This document shows positions 55,285-64,000 of a stretch of DNA of 64,000 nucleotides, piece after piece. The first letter of the stretch is position 1. Each line of letters opens with the position of its first letter. The notes beneath the pieces were generated by a model that searched no databases, was not told the DNA's origin, and saw only the letters and a program-made list of their open reading frames with translations. This DNA comes from Sphingopyxis sp. (GTDB lineage Bacteria > Pseudomonadota > Alphaproteobacteria > Sphingomonadales > Sphingomonadaceae): NCBI RefSeq assembly GCF_965227415.1, contig NZ_OZ245749.1, positions 155,653 to 219,652 on the forward strand. The letters are read 5' to 3'. The position numbers and the translations under genes are program-made.

Positions 55285-56724
55285 CTATCCGATATAGGTC
55301 GTTTTCGTGGCGGTATAAAATTCCCGCGCATGCCGACCCTGTTCGCGCGGGCCGAAGGAAGAGGCCTTCCTGCCGCCGAAAGGCACGTGGTAGTCAACGC
55401 CGGCGGTCGGCAGGTTCACCATCACCATCCCCGCCGACGAGAGCCGCTTGAATGTCCGGGCGCTGCTGAGGCTCGTCGTGCAGATGCCAGACGACAGCCC
55501 GAACGGCGTGTCGTTCGCGATCGCAAGGCCCTCGTCGAGATCGTCGCACTGTATGACGGCAGCGCACGGACCGAATATTTCTTCGCGCGAAACTTGCATT
55601 TGATTGGTCGCACCAAGGAAGAGTGCAGGCCGCTGAAAATAGCCCGGAGCCGATGCGTCGATCCGCTCGCCTCCGATCACCTCCGCGCCTTCGCTGCGCG
55701 CCATCTCGACATAGCGCAAATTATTTTCCAACTGCCGTTCGCTCGCAACCGGTCCGATCTGGGTCGCCGGATCCAACGCATCGCCGACCCGCAGCGCCGT
55801 CATCGCGCCGGACAGCCGGTCAACGAATGCGTCGTGAATCTTGCGGTGGACAATCAGTCTCGATGAGGCGGTGCAGCGCTGGCCGGTCGAAAAAAATGCC
55901 CCGTCCAAGCAAACGCGAACGGCCACATCAAGGTCTGCGTCGTCGAGGACGAGCATCGGATTTTTTCCGCCCATTTCGAGCTGGATCCGCTTCATTCCTC
56001 CGATCGCCGCACTCGCGATAGCGCGGCCGACCGGCACCGAGCCGGTGAAGGAGATAGCATCGACATCCGGATGCTCGACGAGATGCTGGCCGATCGTCGA
56101 TCCAGGTCCCATGACAAGGTTAAAGACGCCCGCCGGGCAGCCAGCCTCATCGAGCAGCCGCGCCAATATATGAGCGCAACCGGGCGTAAGGTCGGCGGGT
56201 TTCAGAATGACGCAGTTTCCACATGCCAAAGCAGGCGCGATCTTCCATGCCGGGATCGCTATCGGGAAATTCCACGGCGTGACGAGACCCACGATGCCGA
56301 CCGGTTCGCGCCGAATCTCGACATCGACCCCTGGCCGGACGGAAGGAATGGAGTCGCCCTCGACCCGCAACGCCTCCTGTGCGAAGAACTTGAATATCTG
56401 ACCGGCTCGAACAGTCTCGCCGACGCCTTCGGCGAGTGTCTTTCCTTCTTCGCGCGACAATAACCTCCCAATTTCGCTTCGTTCAGCGAGCAGCCGGCTG
56501 CCTACGGCGTCGAGCAGATCCGCGCGGACCTGGGGCGAATTCGTCGACCAGTCCTTCATTGCGTTTCGCGCGCTTGCCACTGCCGCATCGACGTCGGCGA
56601 GGCTGCCCTGCGCATAGCGGCCTACGAGGTCGTTCGTATTCGACGGGCTTATATTGTCCAGGCGAGCACCGTCGCCGATCCACTTGCCGCCCACGAGATT
56701 CAGATGGTCAGGCGCCATTGTCAT
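55285..56724 (-). CDS. Aldehyde dehydrogenase (2-oxoglutarate-semialdehyde DH-like; glutarate-semialdehyde DH candidate by context)
   Basis: NISPSNTNDLVGRYAQGSLADVDAAV N-terminus, VTPWNFPIAIPAWKIAPALACGNCVILKP, EMGGKNP, and Cys in STGQRCTASSR. The ATG overlaps the upstream stop (ATGA at 56721-56724). Confidence 0.85.
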   Translation of the reverse strand: MTMAPDHLNLVGGKWIGDGARLDNISPSNTNDLVGRYAQGSLADVDAAVASARNAMKDWSTNSPQVRADLLDAVGSRLLAERSEIGRLLSREEGKTLAEGVGETVRAGQIFKFFAQEALRVEGDSIPSVRPGVDVEIRREPVGIVGLVTPWNFPIAIPAWKIAPALACGNCVILKPADLTPGCAHILARLLDEAGCPAGVFNLVMGPGSTIGQHLVEHPDVDAISFTGSVPVGRAIASAAIGGMKRIQLEMGGKNPMLVLDDADLDVAVRVCLDGAFFSTGQRCTASSRLIVHRKIHDAFVDRLSGAMTALRVGDALDPATQIGPVASERQLENNLRYVEMARSEGAEVIGGERIDASAPGYFQRPALFLGATNQMQVSREEIFGPCAAVIQCDDLDEGLAIANDTPFGLSSGICTTSLSSARTFKRLSSAGMVMVNLPTAGVDYHVPFGGRKASSFGPREQGRHAREFYTATKTTYIG

Positions 56725-57863
56725 GCTGTGTCTCCGGGAAAGCGGGGGGAGGGGGCGGAAAGGGACAGGCCCGCTTCCGCGAAGCGTATGGGCAGGCGAA
56801 CGCCGGGAATATTGATGCCCTCCGCGTCGGTAAGCGAGACGGCCATTCCCCGCGCCAGAACCTGCGGATCGGCGAACGCCTGCGCCACATCGTTGATCGG
56901 GCCTGCGGGCACGCCCGCTTCCGAAAACATTGCAAGCAGCCGGTCCCGCTCGAACCGTCCGCTGGCGTCGCTGATCAGAGCGGTGAGTGCGGCACGATGC
57001 TCGACGCGGCAGGCGTTGGTCGCGAAGCGGGGGTCGTCCGCTACGTCGGGAATTCCAAGCAATGTGCAGCACCGACGAAACTGCTGGTCGTTTCCCACCG
57101 CGAGGATGAACCAGCCGTCGCCGGTAGGAAAGACCGCGTAAGGCGCAATGTTCGGATGGGCATTACCCATCCGGGACGGCGGCGTGCCACCGATCATATA
57201 GTTGAGCGCCTGATTGGCCAGAACGCCGACCATCACGTCGAGCAGCGCCATGTCGACATGGTCGCCGCGTCCGGTCTGCGCGCGACGCGAAAGCGCAGCC
57301 TGAATGCCGATGACCGCATAAAGGCCCGTCATGATATCGGCGAAGGCCACCCCGATCTTCTGAGGCTCGCCGTGCGGGTCGCCCGTGAGATCCATGATCC
57401 CGGCCATACCCTGGACGATGAAGTCATATCCCGCCCGCGGGGCATAGGGTCCGTCCTGTCCGAACCCCGTTATCGAGCAATAGACGAGCCGGGGATGGTC
57501 GGCGGCTAGCGAAGCATAGTCCAGTCCGTACTTGGCGAGACCGCCGACCTTGAAATTCTCGATGACGACGTCGGCCTCCATGATGAGGCGTTTCACTCGC
57601 GCGACGTCGTCGTCGACGGTGAAGTCGGCAACGATGGACTTCTTTCCGCGGTTTGTTGCGTGAAAATAGGCCGCATCGCGCGTGCCGTTGCCATAGTCTA
57701 GAAAGGGCGGCCCCCACGAGCGTGTGTCATCACCCCCTGGACTTTCGACCTTCACCACATCGGCTCCGAGATCGGCCAAAATCTGTCCGGCCCACGGACC
57801 GGCAAGAATTCGCGCGAGTTCGACAACCTTCAAGCCCTTGAGAGGTGGGTCGCTTCTTGTCAT
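56721..57863 (-). CDS. CaiB/BaiF family (class III) CoA-transferase
   Basis: LKGLKVVELARILAGPWAGQILADLGADVVKVE and GYDFIVQGMAGIMDLTG are family hallmarks. Confidence 0.85.
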   Translation of the reverse strand: MTRSDPPLKGLKVVELARILAGPWAGQILADLGADVVKVESPGGDDTRSWGPPFLDYGNGTRDAAYFHATNRGKKSIVADFTVDDDVARVKRLIMEADVVIENFKVGGLAKYGLDYASLAADHPRLVYCSITGFGQDGPYAPRAGYDFIVQGMAGIMDLTGDPHGEPQKIGVAFADIMTGLYAVIGIQAALSRRAQTGRGDHVDMALLDVMVGVLANQALNYMIGGTPPSRMGNAHPNIAPYAVFPTGDGWFILAVGNDQQFRRCCTLLGIPDVADDPRFATNACRVEHRAALTALISDASGRFERDRLLAMFSEAGVPAGPINDVAQAFADPQVLARGMAVSLTDAEGINIPGVRLPIRFAEAGLSLSAPSPRFPGDTA

Positions 57864-57866
57864 CGC

Positions 57867-59036
57867 TCAAAAAGCCGCGATGCCGGTAATCGCCCGGCCG
57901 AGGATCAGCGCATGAATGTCGTGAGTGCCCTCATAGGTATTAACAGTCTCGAGATTTGCGAGGTGGCGCATGACCTGATATTCGCCGGAAATTCCGTTTC
58001 CACCGTGCATGTCGCGCGCATGGCGCGCAATCTCGAGTGCCTTTCCGACATTATTGCGCTTCACGATCGAGACCATCTCGGGAGCAAAGCGCCCCTCGTC
58101 GATCAAGCGGCCTACGCGCAGGCTCGCCTGCAGCGCGAGCGCGATATCGGTTTCCATGTCGGCGAGCTTCTTTTGATACAATTGCGTCGCCGCAAGCGGT
58201 CGGCCGAACTGATGCCTGTCGAGCCCATAGGAGCGGGCGGCGTCAAAGCAGAATTCCGCGGCACCGAGGGCGCCCCAGGAAATGCCGTAGCGCGCGCGAT
58301 TGAGGCAGCCGAAGGGGCCTTTCAAGCCCTCGACATTCGGCAAAAGCGCTTCCTCGCTCACGACCACATCATCGAGCATCACCATTCCGGTCACCGAGGC
58401 TCGCAGACTGAGCTTCCCCTCGATCTTGGGCGCCGAGAGTCCGGCCATGCCTTTCTCGAGAATGAACCCGCGAATTGCGCCGTCATGAGCGTCGGATCTC
58501 GCCCAGATGATGAAAATATCGGCAATAGGAGCATTTGAAATCCAGGTCTTGCTTCCCGAGAGACGATAGCCGCCTTCGATCTTCTCTGCGCGCGTCTTCA
58601 TTCCGCCTGGATCGGACCCGGCGTCGGGTTCGGTGAGTCCGAAACACCCCACCGCTTCACCGCTCGCCAGCCTCGGAAGAAATCTCTGCTTTTGCTCTTC
58701 CGACCCGTACGCAAGTATCGGATACATCACGAGGCTCGACTGAACGCTCATCATCGAACGGTAGCCGGAGTCTATCCGCTCGACTTCGCGGGCGATCAAG
58801 CCATAGGCAACATAGGTTGCGCCCACGCCGCCGTAGGCCTCCGGCACGGTCGGACCAAGAAGCCCCAATTCTCCCATCTCGCGAAAAATTGCGGCATCCG
58901 TAGTTTCGCTCGAATATGCATCGATGATCCGCGGCGCGAGCTTCTCCTGCGCGTAACTCCGCGCGGTGTCGCGAACCATCCGCTCCTCTTCGCTCAGCTG
59001 GTCTTCCAGCAGGAACGGGTCGCTCCAGTCAAACAT
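57867..59036 (-). CDS. gcdH: Glutaryl-CoA dehydrogenase
   Basis: [34 protein letters not shown]-terminus, [17 protein letters not shown] and [18 protein letters not shown] match GcdH. ORF 57867..59402 is trimmed to the Met at 59036. Confidence 0.9.
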   Translation of the reverse strand: MFDWSDPFLLEDQLSEEERMVRDTARSYAQEKLAPRIIDAYSSETTDAAIFREMGELGLLGPTVPEAYGGVGATYVAYGLIAREVERIDSGYRSMMSVQSSLVMYPILAYGSEEQKQRFLPRLASGEAVGCFGLTEPDAGSDPGGMKTRAEKIEGGYRLSGSKTWISNAPIADIFIIWARSDAHDGAIRGFILEKGMAGLSAPKIEGKLSLRASVTGMVMLDDVVVSEEALLPNVEGLKGPFGCLNRARYGISWGALGAAEFCFDAARSYGLDRHQFGRPLAATQLYQKKLADMETDIALALQASLRVGRLIDEGRFAPEMVSIVKRNNVGKALEIARHARDMHGGNGISGEYQVMRHLANLETVNTYEGTHDIHALILGRAITGIAAF

Positions 59037-59056
59037 GTCAACGGTCCTTTTCTTGG

Positions 59057-60358
59057 TCAGGCTGCCGTAATCGGCGTCTGGAGCGTGGCCTCGATCGAAG
59101 CTTCGAGTATTTCGAGGGCTTCGTTCAAAGTCTCTTCTTCGATAGTGAGGGGCGGCAGGAGCCGGATCACGTTGAAGCTCGTTCCACAGACAAGGATGAT
59201 GAGCCCACGTCGTTCGGCTTCGGCAACGAGCGCTGCGGCAGTTGCAGGGTCGGGGGTCAATGTGTCGCGATCGGTCACGAGCTCGAACGCAACCATCGCT
59301 CCGAGACCGCGTACATCGCCGATCCGTTCCATTCCCTGCCGCGAAGCAATATCCTGCAGGCGGTTGACGATCGTGGCGCCGACATGGGAAGCGCGATCGC
59401 ACAGATTCTCGTCGTCGATGATGTCGAGCACAGCGTTGGCCGAAGCCACGGCGAGGGGGTTTCCTGCATAGGTGCCGCCAAGACCGCCCGGCTGGGCGGC
59501 GTCCATCAGGTCCGCGCGGCCGACGACGGCGGACAATGGCATGCCACCCGCCAGTCCCTTCGCCATCGTCACCAGGTCCGCTTTGACGCCGCTATGGTCC
59601 ATGGCAAACATTTTTCCGGTTCGCGCCATGCCGGACTGGATCTCGTCGGCAATAAGAAGGATGCCGAGCCGATCGGCCAAGGTTCGAAGTCCCTCTAGAA
59701 AGGCCGGCGGCGCGGGAAGAAATCCTCCCTCTCCCTGAACCGGTTCGACGATGAACGCCGCAACCCGTGCGGGATCGACATCGACGGCCAGCAGTGCCTC
59801 GAGCGCCGAAAGCGCGGCCTCCACCGTGACGCCGCGAAGCAGATTGGGAAACGGGGCGTGATAGATGTCGGCCGGGAAGGGGCCGAAGCCCTTCTTATAG
59901 GGTATGACTTTCCCCGTCAGCGCCATGCCGAGCATCGTTCGCCCATGAAAGGCGCCTGAAAACGCGATGACAGCGGTGCGTCCGGTTGCGGCGCGCGCAA
60001 TTTTTATAGCATTTTCTACGGCTTCGGCACCTGTGGTGACGAGCATCGTTTTTGCAGGGGCCGACACCGGGGCGATCACGTTCAACCGTTCGGCGAGCGC
60101 GATATAGGCTTCGAACGGTGCGACATGGAAGCAGGTATGCGTGAAGGCTTCCGCTTGCGCGGTGATCGCCGCGAGGACCCGCGGATGGCGATGACCTGTG
60201 TTGTTGACCGCGATGCCGGCTGCAAGGTCGATGTAACGCTTGCCGTCCACATCCCAGAGCTGCGCATTCTCGGCGCGCTCCGCGTAGATGGCCTTGGTGC
60301 CGACCCCGCCGGTGACGGCGGCGAGGTGGCGCTCGCGCAAATTGATTGACCGACTCAT
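59057..60358 (-). CDS. gabT: Class III aminotransferase, 4-aminobutyrate / 5-aminovalerate:2-oxoglutarate type
   Basis: Collinear with E. coli GabT as I remember it: [83 protein letters not shown]. Confidence 0.9.
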   Translation of the reverse strand: MSRSINLRERHLAAVTGGVGTKAIYAERAENAQLWDVDGKRYIDLAAGIAVNNTGHRHPRVLAAITAQAEAFTHTCFHVAPFEAYIALAERLNVIAPVSAPAKTMLVTTGAEAVENAIKIARAATGRTAVIAFSGAFHGRTMLGMALTGKVIPYKKGFGPFPADIYHAPFPNLLRGVTVEAALSALEALLAVDVDPARVAAFIVEPVQGEGGFLPAPPAFLEGLRTLADRLGILLIADEIQSGMARTGKMFAMDHSGVKADLVTMAKGLAGGMPLSAVVGRADLMDAAQPGGLGGTYAGNPLAVASANAVLDIIDDENLCDRASHVGATIVNRLQDIASRQGMERIGDVRGLGAMVAFELVTDRDTLTPDPATAAALVAEAERRGLIILVCGTSFNVIRLLPPLTIEEETLNEALEILEASIEATLQTPITAA

Positions 60359-60457
60359 CCTGTCCTCCTGTATGACCTGATCATAGTATGTTTAATATAT
60401 TGAGCAAGTGTATATGATATTGTCCATCGTGGCCACTCGAAGTTGAGGATGATGAGA

Positions 60458-61036
60458 ATGGAACAGTTCGACGTCGGCTATCGCCTTCTAGAAATCCGAA
60501 CCCGGCTCGGGCTTTCGCAGCGCCGTCTAGCGGCGCTTTCGGGAGTACCGCACGCCCAGATTTCGCAAATCGAACAGAATAGGATCAGTCCGTCGGTCGC
60601 GACGCTGCGCAAGGTTCTCGCCGGCATCCCGATGACCATGGCCGAATTTTTCGAGCCCGAACCTGCCTTCGCTGACCAGATTTTTTTCGCGGCCGACGAA
60701 CTCGTGGACCTGACATCGAAACTCGCTGGCACCATGAATGACGGCGCCCCGCAAATTGTCATGCGCCAGGTAGGCAATGCGCTCGCGCACGGCCTGCAGA
60801 TTCTCCACGAGCATTATCTTCCCGGAGCAGATACAGGCAGTTCCGGCCTCGAACACCGTGCCCATGAGGGCGGCATCGTCATTGCCGGCGAGATCGAGGT
60901 CACTGTTGGCGCCAACCGACGCGTTCTCCGCAAAGGCGAGGCCTATCTGTTCGACAGCAGTCTTCCCCACAGATTCAGAAACCTTGGGGCCGAACCGGCG
61001 GAAATAATTTCCGCCTGTACTCCGCCCTATCTTTGA
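60458..61036 (+). CDS. XRE-family HTH + cupin domain transcriptional regulator (PuuR-like)
   Basis: LLEIRTRLGLSQRRLAALSGVPHAQISQIEQNRISPSVATLRKVL HTH, and a C-terminal cupin (GEAYLFDSSLPHRFRN). Start taken at the third ATG, after GAGGA. Confidence 0.85.
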   Translation: MEQFDVGYRLLEIRTRLGLSQRRLAALSGVPHAQISQIEQNRISPSVATLRKVLAGIPMTMAEFFEPEPAFADQIFFAADELVDLTSKLAGTMNDGAPQIVMRQVGNALAHGLQILHEHYLPGADTGSSGLEHRAHEGGIVIAGEIEVTVGANRRVLRKGEAYLFDSSLPHRFRNLGAEPAEIISACTPPYL

Positions 61037-61238
61037 CGACCCGACTGCTGGCACGCCCACCGTGCGGTGTTTGCGCTGGAGACGGATTCGGGCGCGGATC
61101 TTCCGCATGGCGCGATGCGCGCGCGCGAACCGTCTGCTGGCGCGCGGCGAATTGCGCCGCGTTGGCGCGGGTGCCGTCAAGACGATGATTATGTCGCTTG
61201 TCATGGTGCAAAGGTCGCGGCGGTGAATATGCCGGCGA

Positions 61239-63539
61239 TCAGAACCGGGCTCCGAACGACACACCGTAGGAGCGCTGTCGTCCAAACTTCCGGATGGTGT
61301 AGCCGAGGGTTGAAAGGTCGAAGATGGAATTGATGTACCGTTCATTGCCAATATTCTCGGCATAGATGGAGAGTTTCCACGCGTCCGACTTCGGACCGAC
61401 GCTGATGCTCGCATTGTGAAGTGCATAGGCGCTGTCGCGGACCACGGGCGCGTTCACGACGTTATAGTAGCGGCTGCCGGCGTAATTGCCGTCATATTGG
61501 ACGACGAGCGAATAGCGCCCCAAGTCGAAGGCGTTGCGGACGAGCCAGTTGAATTTCCATTTTGGCGCGTTGATCGGACGTTGCGACTGGACTCCGGCGG
61601 CGGTCGCGATCCCCTTGACCTTGGCGTCGAGGTAAGACGCGCCTGCCACCAGGTCCAGTCCGGAAAGCGGCGTCGCGATGGCTTCCAGCTCGCCACCTTT
61701 GAATGTGCCGTCCCGGTTGAGAATGACCGACGTCAGGCCGTCGAACAGAAAGGTCTGGAAATCCTTGTAATCGTAGAGAAAGGTGCTGCCGTTGAGCCGA
61801 AGTCCCGGCAGAATGCGGGTCTTTACGCCCGCTTCATAAGCATAGAGCTTCTCGGGGCGATAAGGCAGTTGGGCGGGCGTCAGGAGCCCGTCGAGCGGCA
61901 CCGTGAAGCCGCCTCCTTTGAGGCCCTTGCTCGCGCTTGCATAAAGCAAGGTTCCCGTCGCCGGCCGCCAGTCCACTTCAATTCGCCCCGACCAGTCATT
62001 GATGTTTTGCTTGAGATTGACGGTCGTCCCCAGGTCGTTGATCGTCCCCCCATTCCCTGAAAAACCGACAAAGTCGCACGCGCCGGCTGCCGTTTCCACG
62101 CAGGCTCCGTCCAGCCGCAACTTGCGTCCGTCGGCAGTCCAGCGGGCGCCGGCGATCAGCGTCAGGTCGCTGGCGAGATCATATTCCGCCTGGACGAAAG
62201 CCGCAGCGGTCGTCGTGGTCAGCTTGTAGTTGCTCGTTGCCGCTGCGCCGGACCGGGAATCGGGAAATGTCGCCGGATCGAAAAGATTGGCAAGTGTCGG
62301 CAATGCGAAGCGCGTATTGTATCGGCCCTCGAGAAGGAGGAAATAAAGTCCGGCGACCCACCGGAACTCGCCGCGATCGTCATTGATCCGAAGCTCCTGG
62401 GAAAACTGGTCGCTGCTTTCGCGCGCATCGTAAAAGGTCTGCGCGAAGGGCGTTGAGTCCGTATCTTCCAGATAATAGGATTTAACGCGCATATAGTCTG
62501 TCAGGGACGCGAAGGTCAGGCCTGCGGCCTCATGAGTGAAGTTCGAGGTGAACCCGAACACATCCTTATCGATGCGCCCCACAAGATCGGGATTCACGAC
62601 GAACGGGTTGCCGTCGTCTTCGCGATAACCGTAGAAGTCGCGCCCCGGCCCCGTCCCGTAGACGTCGACATTGGTAGGCACGAACTGGCTGATGCCGTTC
62701 GCGTCCACATAGGACGGCACAGGGTCATAAACGCCCTCGCGCGAGCGCTCGCGAAATCCGCGGGCGATCAGGTGCCACTCGGTGTCGTCGGTCGGAACGA
62801 AAAGTAGCTGCAGACGGCCGGCCAGCCGGTCTTCTGCGCCGAGATCGGCACCGCCGAGGTTGTGAAGATTCCCGTCGCTCTTGGAATAGAATCCGGAAAG
62901 GCGCGCCGAAAGGCTTTCGGAAAGCCCGCCGCTGACATGCGCTTCGAGCCGACGCTGGTCGAAACGACCATAAGCGACTTCGACGCCACCATCGAAGTCG
63001 CGCGACGGTTTGGCGCTGATGAAATGAAGAAGTCCGCCAGTGGCATTTCGCCCGAACAACGTACCTTGCGGCCCCCGAAGCACTTCGACCCGGTCGAGGT
63101 CGAAGACCGGAAAGCTGGTCGCGGTACTGGCGCCCGCGTAGACGCCGTCGAAATAGACTGCGTTCGGCGTCTCATGATGCGCGGCGAAATCGCTGTTGCC
63201 CGAGCCTCTTATCGTGACGACGCTGACGGCCGATCCGGCCGCCTTGGCGATCGTTACGCCCGGCGTGACGAGAGCAAGCTTTTCCGGCTCATTGATTCGC
63301 AGGTCCTCGAGTTGCCCGCCATCCAGCGCCGTAATCGATATGCCGACGCGATTTACGGATTGTTCGCGACGCGTTGCCGTGACGACGATGTCATCACCAA
63401 ACACATTTTGCGACCCTTGCGTTTCGTCACGCGCGGACGATGCTGCCTCCTGCGCAGCGACAGGACCGCACGGGAGAAACACCGTCGTCGCAGTCGCGGT
63501 AAAAAGCAGAATATGGTGTCTTGCCGAGTACAGGCCCAT
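61239..63539 (-). CDS. TonB-dependent receptor
   Basis: AGGAGG RBS, signal peptide, plug (DIVVTATRREQSVNRV...VEVLRGPQGTLFGRNATGGLLHF), and a barrel ending VSFGARF. Confidence 0.9.
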   Translation of the reverse strand: MGLYSARHHILLFTATATTVFLPCGPVAAQEAASSARDETQGSQNVFGDDIVVTATRREQSVNRVGISITALDGGQLEDLRINEPEKLALVTPGVTIAKAAGSAVSVVTIRGSGNSDFAAHHETPNAVYFDGVYAGASTATSFPVFDLDRVEVLRGPQGTLFGRNATGGLLHFISAKPSRDFDGGVEVAYGRFDQRRLEAHVSGGLSESLSARLSGFYSKSDGNLHNLGGADLGAEDRLAGRLQLLFVPTDDTEWHLIARGFRERSREGVYDPVPSYVDANGISQFVPTNVDVYGTGPGRDFYGYREDDGNPFVVNPDLVGRIDKDVFGFTSNFTHEAAGLTFASLTDYMRVKSYYLEDTDSTPFAQTFYDARESSDQFSQELRINDDRGEFRWVAGLYFLLLEGRYNTRFALPTLANLFDPATFPDSRSGAAATSNYKLTTTTAAAFVQAEYDLASDLTLIAGARWTADGRKLRLDGACVETAAGACDFVGFSGNGGTINDLGTTVNLKQNINDWSGRIEVDWRPATGTLLYASASKGLKGGGFTVPLDGLLTPAQLPYRPEKLYAYEAGVKTRILPGLRLNGSTFLYDYKDFQTFLFDGLTSVILNRDGTFKGGELEAIATPLSGLDLVAGASYLDAKVKGIATAAGVQSQRPINAPKWKFNWLVRNAFDLGRYSLVVQYDGNYAGSRYYNVVNAPVVRDSAYALHNASISVGPKSDAWKLSIYAENIGNERYINSIFDLSTLGYTIRKFGRQRSYGVSFGARF

Positions 63540-63590
63540 CGCGTCGCCTCCTACTTCGCAGGTCCCCAAGCCTGCGCTGCACGTCACGAA

Positions 63591-63605
63591 GCAAAAGCCG
63601 TGCCA
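63591..63605 (-). promoter_or_regulatory. Sigma-54 (-24/-12) promoter candidate upstream of the TBDR gene
   Basis: The minus strand reads gTGGCACGgcttTTGCTt, a full consensus with GG-N10-GC spacing. It lies about 52 nt upstream of the ATG at 63539. Confidence 0.7.
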
Positions 63606-63660
63606 CCTCGTTAACAGGCGGCAGTCAAATCAAAATGATCCTGGATTCGTCCGGGCAGTG

Positions 63661-63695
63661 TGGCAAGTCTGCCAGATCACACGGCAGGATTGCCA
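63661..63695. promoter_or_regulatory. Tandem palindromes (activator-binding UAS candidates)
   Basis: TGGCA-agtc-TGCCA (63661-63674) and CGGCA-ggat-TGCCA (63682-63695), with centres 21 bp apart. They lie 56-90 bp upstream of the -24 element. Confidence 0.45.
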
Positions 63696-63720
63696 CGCTG
63701 GGCAACAGGGCCATGCGCGG

Positions 63721-64000
63721 TCAGGTTTTGGGGCCACGCGCGAGTTTTCGGATCAAGGTCGAGACGTCGATTCCCAGAACGCGGGCCGCTTCGCGCTGCG
63801 AGCCCGCATCCTTGAGAGCTTTCTCGATGAGCTCTCGCTCGTAGCTCTGGACCCGGTCTCGCAAATTCTCCGCCGCGTCTGGCTCCGTTCGGGCGACCGG
63901 TGGATTTCGTGATGTGTCTGACGTCAATCGAAGGGCCAGATTGTTGTGAGACAATGGATCGAGGTCGCCGATGTCGGCCTCTTCGTCGACGACGATATCG
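63721..64000 (-). CDS. Fis-type HTH C-terminus of a probable sigma-54-dependent (NtrC-family) activator; 5' part outside window
   Basis: The frame is open to base 64000. C-terminal YERELIEKALKDAGSQREAARVLGIDVSTLIRKL is the Fis-family HTH that terminates enhancer-binding proteins. Confidence 0.65.
   Translation of the reverse strand, partial: DIVVDEEADIGDLDPLSHNNLALRLTSDTSRNPPVARTEPDAAENLRDRVQSYERELIEKALKDAGSQREAARVLGIDVSTLIRKLARGPKT

Noticed and set aside
55285-57072. N-terminal extensions suggested by the ORF track for several genes: 55285..57072, 57867..59402, 39460..41580, 3473..6139, 2545..3657 and 11587..14100.
   Set aside because: The family-typical N-termini begin at internal Met/Val codons with RBS-like sequences or stop/start overlaps. 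The extensions overlap upstream genes and are non-protein-like.
1-64000. CRISPR arrays, rRNA genes, integrons, toxin-antitoxin pairs or recognisable phage-defence genes.
   Set aside because: I saw no regularly spaced direct repeats and no rRNA-like segments. There are no nuclease, helicase or methylase-type ORFs. The window is dominated by catabolic, transport and regulatory genes.

Overview
High-GC alphaproteobacterial DNA that looks Sphingomonadaceae-like; this is an inference from composition, TonB-receptor density and lignin-aromatic genes. The window is a mosaic of catabolic and uptake modules, four of which are headed by a TonB-dependent receptor (TBDR). From left to right: (1) an MFS fragment and an overlapping AraC/GntR regulator pair. 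(2) A minus-strand TBDR-AbgT-S15 (CocE/NonD) hydrolase-LysR unit, divergent from a Tat-signal CapA-like protein. (3) A sulfate-ester scavenging set: TBDR-MFS/GPH-TauD/AtsK-like dioxygenase-arylsulfatase. (4) A visibly more AT-rich accessory block at about 18.2-23.4 kb. It holds SnoaL-like and ABM-like genes, a truncated IS21 element that cuts a KaiC-like gene, an orphan response regulator, and a translationally coupled trio of uncharacterised genes (YdhS-like flavoprotein + DUF1543 + an 85-aa ORF). (5) A GT4 fusion protein + GH130-like protein + catalase HPII. (6) A scar made of a tRNA-Lys 3' fragment, AT-rich DNA and a truncated transposase, fused to folD. (7) folD-purU plus a ferulate/vanillin cluster (fcs-like, THF-dependent O-demethylase-like, ech, vdh), divergent from a thiolase-DUF35-ACAD operon and separated from it by a perfect 22-bp inverted repeat. 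(8) A TBDR, then a TetR-controlled set: two tandem amidohydrolase paralogs with N-x-H in place of H-x-H, a NylB-like serine hydrolase, an ALDH and an APC permease. (9) A P450-ferredoxin operon. (10) An aminotransferase-gcdH-CoA transferase-ALDH operon (5-aminovalerate/glutarate logic) with an XRE-cupin regulator. (11) A TBDR downstream of a partial sigma-54 activator gene. Three near-consensus sigma-54 promoters (TGGCACG-N4-TTGC) are readable directly in the sequence. I found no rRNA, no intact tRNA, no CRISPR array and no recognisable defence genes. The best candidates for something undescribed are the flavoprotein/DUF1543/orphan trio and the sigma-54-wired amide / omega-amino-acid catabolic island at 45-60 kb. 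All functional calls rest on motif recognition from memory, not on database searches.
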